DNA from: Eledone cirrhosa
Lineage: Eukaryota
Length of the DNA: 64,000 nt
Assembly (NCBI GenBank): GCA_964016885.1
Contig: OZ024743.1
Coordinates: 289,354,001-289,418,000 of the forward strand
Direction: 5' to 3'
This document shows positions 55,268 through 64,000 of the stretch, piece by piece. Position numbers and translations under genes: made by a program. How positions within the stretch are numbered: position 1 is the first letter of the stretch; each line of letters opens with the position of its first letter. The notes under the pieces are model-generated. The model searched no databases. It had not been told where the DNA came from and worked only from the letters and a program-made list of their open reading frames with translations.

Positions 55268-55470
55268 TATATACCATGGGTATGTGGCGAGCCTTGTTAT
55301 TCTGGACTTTCAACTACTCACCCGTAGGACCATTGAACAATATTTGTCTTGTCTAATGATCCTGCAAGAGTACAGGTTAAACTCCAGAGGAAGAAGGCTC
55401 ACCTCTTAGCCATTAAATAAATGTTTAAACTCTACTTCGTTATTGAGTAGCTTTATTCACGTCCGTCAAA
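55268..55470 (+). repeat. Interspersed repeat with a degenerate hammerhead-like core; sister copy at ~57560-57760
   Basis: Shared ACTCCAGAG and TTTAAACTCTACTTCG.TATTGAGT blocks; both copies adjoin (TA)n. Confidence 0.6.
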
Positions 55471-55471
55471 G

Positions 55472-55570
<99 letters not shown>

Positions 55571-56804
55571 AGTTCTGACTTTCGATTGTTTTTTTTGTCT
55601 TATAATTTAAAAAAAAAAAAAAATTAAGGCTTTCGTCTTCAAAAAAGATTTTCGTTCTGCCCTGTTTTCGTTCGTTGTTTACTTTTGTCAATTTTCCCAA
55701 TTTTTTTTATTATTAATCTATGACGAACGTATTCTTTATTCTCCCCACAATAATTTCAATAGATTACATTTTTCAACAAGATGTATTCCTTTTTTCTTGT
55801 CATTTTTCCTTTTATTTTTCCTTTTCCATTCTTTATCTCCTTTTTTTCAGTCTTGCGAGACAAACTTTGTTATAAAAACCTCAATACCTTCTCTTAGTCA
55901 TCACATAAAATTCTATGTGTACCTGTTATTGCTTTATTACTTTATCTTATTGTTTTTCGTTGTTATTTACTTCACGGACAGTTCTTTGGCTCGTGTCAGA
56001 TGGTGTTAACCTCGGATAGACCAGCAGTACCGTCAGTAGGGGTCGAAACTGCCATACTACATCTCGATGGCGGAGGACCTTGGAATTCTGTGGCTTTACT
56101 TTTTTCTTTTTCTTTTTCTTTTCTTTTTCTTTTTCTTTTTCTTTTTCTTTTTCTTTTTTAAAGTAATTTTTAATATTTTCCATTTAAATTTATTTTTCCG
56201 TTCTATTTTGTTTTCGTTCGTTGTCTTCTAGCGACATTATAAGCCAGTCGCATAATCTTAATATGTTGGGGAGTATGTGATCATTTAATAGTTCAACAAC
56301 GCCACGTGCGCTTTTAGACACCATCCTGCCTCGGCAAATGAAACAGTATGTTAATTGCTTCGGTAAAAGCATCTTAATTTTGAAAAATTAACCTCCACTG
56401 AAGAGTATTGTGGATTCCTAAATTATTGGTAATTCCCATAAAGTTTTTCCGCAAACGAAACCACGATGAAGAGATTTTTACATAAGCGTGACTATCTAAT
56501 TTTTGGCTTCTACTCTCATAAATAGTTGTTCTCATATAAATTTAATATGTATTATTGCTTCTCTTACCTATATATTTTATCCACTCATTGAGATGTTTAA
56601 GTATTAGTGAATAATTAACCTTTAATTAATATATATCCGACGAACGAATGCATACGTTTCTTTCGTATTCGTCTTATTCGGGAAACCTCTGGTAATGAGG
56701 TAATTATATTGTATTGTTTATTATACATTAAATTTTGCTCTGGTACTTACATAGAGCACTCTTCACTCCTATGACTTTTTCAATTTTCAACGGAAACTTC
56801 AATA

Positions 56805-56839
<35 letters not shown>

Positions 56840-57189
56840 GTGTGTATGTATATATATAGGTGGAGAAAGCATTTCTGAATTAGGGAAGAGGGCAAATTTG
56901 GACAATTTAGTTGTAGTTGTTAGTTTTGCTCTTTGCACTCTAAAATCAGCAGAAAATTTCGATATGCGATAAACATAACATGTACATAAATTGTACCGCA
57001 CATTCAAATAGATGTGTGTATTGGTAGTTTGGAGAGAAAATATAATTATTGGAAGGAAGCATATCCCCTCAGTTCCACCGCCACTGTGTATATAGAATTC
57101 TGCGCGCTTTCCTTAAGGGTTAGTATATCGAGCTTGTTAGCATTTGGTAAGAAATGGATATTATACTCAATTTATTCATCTCCTATATG

Positions 57190-57343
<154 letters not shown>

Positions 57344-57938
57344 GGTGTGTGTGTGTGTGTGTGTGTTAAGTATTTCCGAAGAAAGAGCAAAGGAAAAAAG
57401 AGTACTCTATGTATAGAACAGAGCTGTCTAATTAGAAAATGAACAACACAATATATAATTACTCTATTACCAAAGATTTCAGGACCCTAGCCAATATTAA
57501 CATACATCTAGATCGTTCATCAGAGAGGTTAAATACATATATATATATATATATATATACATTCTTTTATTATGGCTATTGGTGATCTTTGTTACTCTAA
57601 AATTTCAGCTGCGCACTCACGGGATCACCTGTCTTATTTGATGAGTACGCAGGTGAGACTCCAGAGTAACAAGTATTAGACATAAGTATTAGACATAATG
57701 AATGAATGAATATTTAAACTCTACTTCGGTATTGAGTTTTCATCCTTACATCCACGTACTCTCAGGGTTGAATAATCGTCCACACCCACGCTTATTAATT
57801 TGTTAAATACCCTCCCACCAACAGCTTATTAAATTTTGCTAATCTATCTCCGGCGAAATTTTATTTTAAGTCATTCATATTGATACAACAGCTGGAGAAT
57901 CTAATAACGATTTTATTTTCCATTAAAAAAACATTATA

Positions 57939-58133
57939 GGTGACATTGGATGGCAGTATCGGTAGAGGGTCTAAAGCCATGATTTGCAGCAAAGAGTTAC
58001 GGCCCTTGCCATTCTGAGTTCAAATCCTGCCAAGGTTAACTTTGCCTTTCATCCTTACGGGGTCGATAAAATAAAGTACCAGTAATACACTGGGATAATT
58101 GCTGGCCTTGTGCCAAAATGTAGAAACAATTAT
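57939..58133 (+). mobile_element. tRNA-derived SINE, copy 4
   Basis: Same head, central domain and GGCCTTGTGCC tail; ATTATA on both sides. Confidence 0.92.
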
Positions 58134-58472
58134 ATATTAAATATTTACGAACGTACACTATACAATTACTGACTTCCCAAGCAACTCCACCTCAATATTT
58201 GCCACCCCTCCAATTATTTGGGACCCGGGAGTGCCAGCAAACACCCCTCCGTTCTATGTCTATCACACAAAACTCTCTTTTAATCTCCCTCTCTGTATCT
58301 ACCAAAACAATATGTTTTATGTGATAGACATGGAAAGGGAGAGTTTGCAGGCCTATTTTTTACGTTGTTTTGACGTTTATAGGCAATTTTATGTACCATG
58401 TCTAATAATGGCGGTTTTTACTCTTCGCGCGTGCTCTAGAAACGTTATTACTCCCGCGAATACCGAGGCCAA

Positions 58473-58533
<61 letters not shown>

Positions 58534-59085
58534 TGTGTGTGTGTGTGTGTTTATAAAATACCTGTACGTTTAATATATTTTCGAACGTGTTTACTTAGAT
58601 CTTTGACGATTCCATTTTTATCCTTTCTTTGTTTTTAATACTCGTCTTTTTCCTTTTGTTTATCTCTCTCGTTTACCATCTACATATATTTTTGTTTTTC
58701 CTTTAATACTTTTCAAAATAAGGTGGTTATACGAAGCAATATCGCTAATCTATAATTGCAAAGTAATACTTATGCTATTCACCTCTCTTTCTGCCAAACT
58801 CACCTTCTCTGTCTCTCTTTCCCCGTCGTTCTCTTTATATCTGTCACTCTGGTGCGTTCTCTATCTTCTCCCGTGTAAGTATTAGGGTGCTGCTCTTGTT
58901 TTTGTTGTAGATATTACTGTCATGACAGCCTGCCACTACTGTTGTGGCTAAGACGATGATAATGATGATAATGATGATGGTGGTGATCATCACCATCATC
59001 ATTATTATCATTATTATCATATGCCAACTTCTCTTCTTGATACTTCTAACACCTCCTACCACTTTACACGTAAACACACACACAC

Positions 59086-59141
<56 letters not shown>

Positions 59142-59554
59142 GTATAATCGTATACATATACACACACAGAGACACACACACACACACATGCATATGTGTA
59201 TATATGTATATATATTTGTAATACATCTTATTGTATTTCTTACTGCTACACATTTACAGTTTAAGATGGATAGCGTTTACAAACCCTTTCACCTGCCAGG
59301 TGAATAAAAGTCATGTCAGGACAGATATAATTGCTCTTTATTTATTTATTCACTTATTTATTTATTTGATCGTCGACATCATCATTTTCACCTTCGTCAT
59401 CATCATTGTCGACACGGTGCCCTTAACAACATATTCACCAGCGACGTCATCGTCAGGTGTCAAGAGTTAAGTTAGTTGAACTATGCCTGTCTGTGCGTAC
59501 GTACGATGTCAGTCTAGACTGTTACAGCCATTGTGTGGATTGTACGGGTGTTTA

Positions 59555-59892
59555 TGTATGTACGAATGTATGTATGTATGTATGTATGTATGTATGTATG
59601 TATGTATGTATGTATGTATGTATGTATGTATGTACGAATGTATGTATGTATGTATGTATGTATGTATGTATGTGTGTACGAATGTATGTATGTATGTATG
59701 TATGTGTGTACGAATGTATGTATGTATGTATGTATGTATGTATGTATGTACGAATGTATGTATGTATGTATGTATGTATGTATGTACGAATGTATGTATG
59801 TATGTATGTATGTATGTACGAATGTATGTATGTATGTATGTATGTATGTATGTACGTATGTATTAATGTATGTATGTGTATTTATGTATGTA
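59555..59892. repeat. (TATG)n tetranucleotide microsatellite with recurring TACGAATG variants
   Basis: Directly visible. Confidence 0.97.
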
Positions 59893-59985
59893 TCTACGCA
59901 CGTAGTTAATGTACCTGCATGCATATGTAAATATATATATATATAAAAACAGACACACACACACACATATATATATATATATCTT

Positions 59986-60057
<72 letters not shown>

Positions 60058-60058
60058 A

Positions 60059-60122
<64 letters not shown>

Positions 60123-61833
60123 ATACTTAGAAAAAGGAAGTATGTTTTCACACTGACCGCTAATAACACTAAATAAAATTGGTAATCATTAAGGTTTTTT
60201 CGTGTGTTTTCAGCTGATATGAGCTCCGATGTGCTCGCAATTGACCTTTCTTTTTTCCTAAAACGGAATGAGGGGGAGGGGCTACCCTTAGATTTTCCCA
60301 GCCTCGGAAATTTCTCCTATGGGAATTTCTTCTTTTCTTGTTTTGTTTTGTTTTTTGTTGCAACAGGACAGCGGGCGGAGGCCGAAAGAGTCTACCGTTG
60401 ATCCGCAGCCTCATTTGTGACCCGAAGATCCGGAGGCTGAGCATCGGGGAAACCCAATTCGCAGGCTATCATTATCCAGCTGCGTGCCAGTCGAAAAAGA
60501 GGGTAAGGCATTGAGCCAGGCACCGCTGGTGTTAATAGTAAATAGCATAAAGGACGATGATGGTAATGAAGTAAAATAATTTTAGTGGTGTATACACATA
60601 CACACTTATATTACTGGTAGTGATGATACATAAGGAAAAATCACATTCACAACCGTATACATTATGGAGTGGATAGGGGAAAGATGTGAGAAAGACAAAT
60701 GTGGATAGTAGGTGGAGTTATATAATATATTTATTCTTCGTTCTGGAAACAGAACTGGTTTGTAGGCTCTATATGTTGCATTGGATTTGTGCACACAGTT
60801 CGGGCAGCATTCGGGGAGTTTGTTCTGGATTTGCCCCTTGGATGATGATAATATCACATGGCTCTCTGAGTTATATAAATAACAGCACTTATGCCCGCCA
60901 GTGTATGAGTGCTTATTTTGCAGTATTTTCCATTTGAGGGGGATACCAGTGAAGGGGACTTCTTCTCGAGGTCCCATACATAGTGGCCAGCACGGTTTGT
61001 TTCGCTTTGTCCGGCCTTCTAAAAGAATCGATGAATGCATACCAGCGAGTTTTTAAACTTCTAGAAGTCATGCCAATGTAATGATTTTTGCTGTTAATTT
61101 ATATATCATCGCATTTGTATACGATGTTGTCCATCAAACATTTGTTTTCCACTAGTTGTTGGTTCGATTCCCAGAGGCACGTTGTATCATTCACTAAGTC
61201 AGTTTATTTGGTGTAATCTAATCCATTTAGCTGGTAAAAATGAGTTATAAATTTAATTCTCACACTGTCACGCTGACTCTCTCTGGGAACTAAGTTAAGG
61301 GCACACGTATCTTGAAATGCACAGCCACTTACATTTGTATTATCCTGAGCAGGCTGTATAGTTGTTCGTACAACTGAAACTCTCATCTATGGAACAGTCG
61401 AAGTTTCCAACACATTTACTGCTATTGTCTTTATTCCTATTGTGTTTCTTCTTTTTATGTTTTCAGCTGTTTGATTTATATGCCTGTTGCACCGAGAGAT
61501 ACATGTCTCCCGTGCTGTGCAGCAATGTCTCCGGGGAATGTATGGCTATGTTTATATAATACATAACTTTTTACCATGCTGTTGGTTTCGTCTGTTCTTT
61601 CTGATAAACGTTCGTCTATCGCGTATAGAATATCTGATGGAATTTCACTTTCATTTCAGTTATCTTTCTCACAATATATATTGTTTTGTTCGTCTTTTTG
61701 CAGTGTTCCTTAGTGCTCTTGCATTGGTGTACCGAATATACAAAATAGAGTACTACTTGGGACCATTGCATTTATACACATGATGAAATACACATTCAGG
61801 CATACACACACCTACACACACACGTACATGCAC

Positions 61834-61910
<77 letters not shown>

Positions 61911-62595
61911 GAGAGAGAGGGAAAAGTGCAAAAAAAAATGAAAAAGTTTGTAAAAATAAAATTAGAAAGAAAATAAAGAGGAGAGGAGGAGGAAGTGGAG
62001 TAACGATGGATGGAGGAGATATATGGCGTGTGGTGGTGAGGGTTAAGGTGAGGAGTAAAGACATGTAGTTGGTGGTTCGTGTAAGTAGGGTACATATGAT
62101 GTGTGTGTGCATGTGTAGAGTAGATGAGAACGAAATTGTGGGTTAGTGTTAACCACAGAAAGTAAGGGGGTGTGTATATGTGTGTGCATATAAGAGAAGG
62201 GGTGGCATATACATATTGTTATACTTTGGGAGGGTCATGCTGCCAAAAATACAACAACAAAAACACCCGCACCTATTGGTTTTCAATTAAATTTATTATA
62301 AATTTCCAGTTGGTTGGTTCCATAACCGGATGATTGTTTAGAGATACAAAAACAAGATGGTGTAGTGGTGTAGGACAGAACAAAGCAGAGACACACATTA
62401 AAATCCTAATCACCTAGTCGTTTATATATATATATATATATATATGCATACATAAACGATGGAATTCAAGTAAATTTATGTTGAATTACAATTCTTTTTT
62501 TTTTTTTCAATAATAAAGAATGGGGTGTGTATTGGCAGAATCTTTAATGAATCAGAGAAATGAATCATATGTACCCCATATATATATATATATTA

Positions 62596-62627
<32 letters not shown>

Positions 62628-62629
<2 letters not shown>

Positions 62630-62800
62630 TTATATTTGGGGAGGGTCATATTGTTATAATATTGCCAGAAATAATAACAGAACACACTCACTGTTTGGTT
62701 TGGGTTGGTTTTCGCTTCTGTATCTTTTATATCTCCATAGTTAATTTATTTGGCAATCGATTTTTATCATTGATTGACCAACGGTTGAAAATACAGATAT
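62628..62800. mobile_element. LTR-end-like interspersed repeat fragment, second copy
   Basis: High identity by eye to 50661-50818. Confidence 0.6.
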
Positions 62801-62953
62801 AAACATCTTAAAACAAGTAAAAAACCACATATATATATATTTATATATATCTCCATGTGTGTTTATTTTTATAATTCCACACGAGGTGAACTAGCCTGCT
62901 TTTAAATTCCCTTTTTGGCATATTCTGGCAGTGGGTTGGGTTATCGTTTTTGA

Positions 62954-63034
62954 GCTCTACTGACGAACGACTCCAACCATGACCATCCCCACTGAAAGGT
63001 TTCGTGAAATAGTCTTTTTAAGACTATATAGAGC
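62954..63034 (+). ncRNA. Complete type I hammerhead ribozyme
   Basis: GCTCTA-CTGACGA-ACGA...TCGT-GAAA-TAGTCTT-TTT-AAGACTA-TA-TAGAGC: 6-bp stem I, canonical core, 8-bp stem III; predicted cleavage after 63028. Confidence 0.9.
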
Positions 63035-63260
63035 ATTTGTAGTTTTTCCAAATTGAAGGATGAGTATTTAAGCTTAATTTTATTCTGAATTAAGACTCTA
63101 GTGGTTTTTCCCTGGATTTCACAAAATCTGTGGATAAAATCTCTGTCTTGATTTTTTTTTAATTGAGTTTGAATTTTTTTCCCATATCTTACGTTAATTA
63201 TTTTCCATTTTGACGTTCTAGTCACTTATATATTATGCTCACAATAATTTCTATATTTTC

Positions 63261-63327
<67 letters not shown>

Positions 63328-63454
63328 AACCTTGGAATTCATGTAAATTCATGCTGAATTGCAATTTTTTTTTTGTTTCAATAAAGAAAGAGGTATTGAC
63401 AGAATCGTTATTGAATCGGACAAATGCTTAACAGTATTTGTTCCCGTTCTTTCC

Positions 63455-63504
63455 GTTCTGTGTTCAATTCCCACCGAGGTCAACTTTGTCTTTCATCCTT
63501 CCGA
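63455..63504 (+). mobile_element. SINE fragment (B box plus start of the central domain)
   Basis: GTTCTGTGTTCAATTCCCACCGAGGTCAACTTTGTCTTTCATCCTTCCGA. Confidence 0.75.
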
Positions 63505-63748
63505 GCCGAGGAGAGTAAACGCTCTCCGACAGGTTTGCGGTCTATCCCATAGCAGTGGAGACTTCTAGTGTCCTTGGCCCTAGGACCACTCCCTACTCAC
63601 CACCATCGGTATGGAGTTGGCTATCTGCTGATGTGCACCTCGCGACCTGGAATGACTCCTCCAAAGTGTCTCCCTCTCCATCATCTGGGGAAAAGCCTTC
63701 TCTAGTCTCTGCTCCGCGTCCCAGGGCGGCCAGTGCGTAGGCCCTTAT

Positions 63749-63750
<2 letters not shown>
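63505..63750 (+). mobile_element. 3' fragment of a CRE-like (RLE-type) non-LTR retrotransposon ending at (CT)n
   Basis: Translation LSDRFAVYPIAVETSSVLGP..LLTTIG..L..PRD..LLQSVSLSIIWGKAFS matches the F.P.AVET.G..G...PRE..L.QR.S.AI.RGNA C-terminal motif. Confidence 0.7.
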
Positions 63751-63826
<76 letters not shown>

Positions 63827-64000
63827 TTGAGGGCATGACCATACCAGTATTGCTGAAGTATTTTGCAGAGCCAATGGTTAGGTGATAATGCTAATCGATG
63901 TCACAACTTATTTTTCGTGTTTTTTAACAGTATACAATTCAGCTGTAGTCAGCTGGACAACAGCTTTCAGATGTCATGTATGAGTAGAGGGTCGGATGCC

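Overview
Eukaryotic (animal), gene-poor, repeat-saturated DNA. The dense (TA)n/(CA)n/(GA)n/(TATG)n microsatellites and the SINE families suggest an octopus-like cephalopod genome (inference). No host protein-coding gene could be supported; most ORFs in the track are microsatellite translations or antisense frames of transposons. The core (16.3-34.2 kb) is a pile-up anchored on (AAT)n microsatellites: three Tx1-clade (L1 group) LINE copies on the minus strand, one apparently full length, plus a 5'-truncated R4/Dong element on the plus strand. Around it lie a decayed hAT (Charlie/Buster-like) transposon, two Penelope-like (GIY-YIG) elements, CR1-, RTE- and CRE-like LINE fragments, a mariner, a non-autonomous Helitron, a fold-back MITE, LTR-end fragments, at least four copies of a tRNA-derived SINE, and at least seven type I hammerhead ribozyme motifs. 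Most interesting: (1) the Tx1 copies appear (AAT)n-targeted and share a covarying 3' stem-loop and (ATT)n tail with the SINE, suggesting a LINE-SINE partnership; (2) two divergent Tx1 copies have a perfect GTAAGT splice donor at the ORF1 stop, with a candidate acceptor in the 3' UTR, so ORF2 may be removable as an intron; (3) a locally repeated palindromic element made of two convergent tRNA-like arms. All calls are by eye; no searches or folding programs were run.
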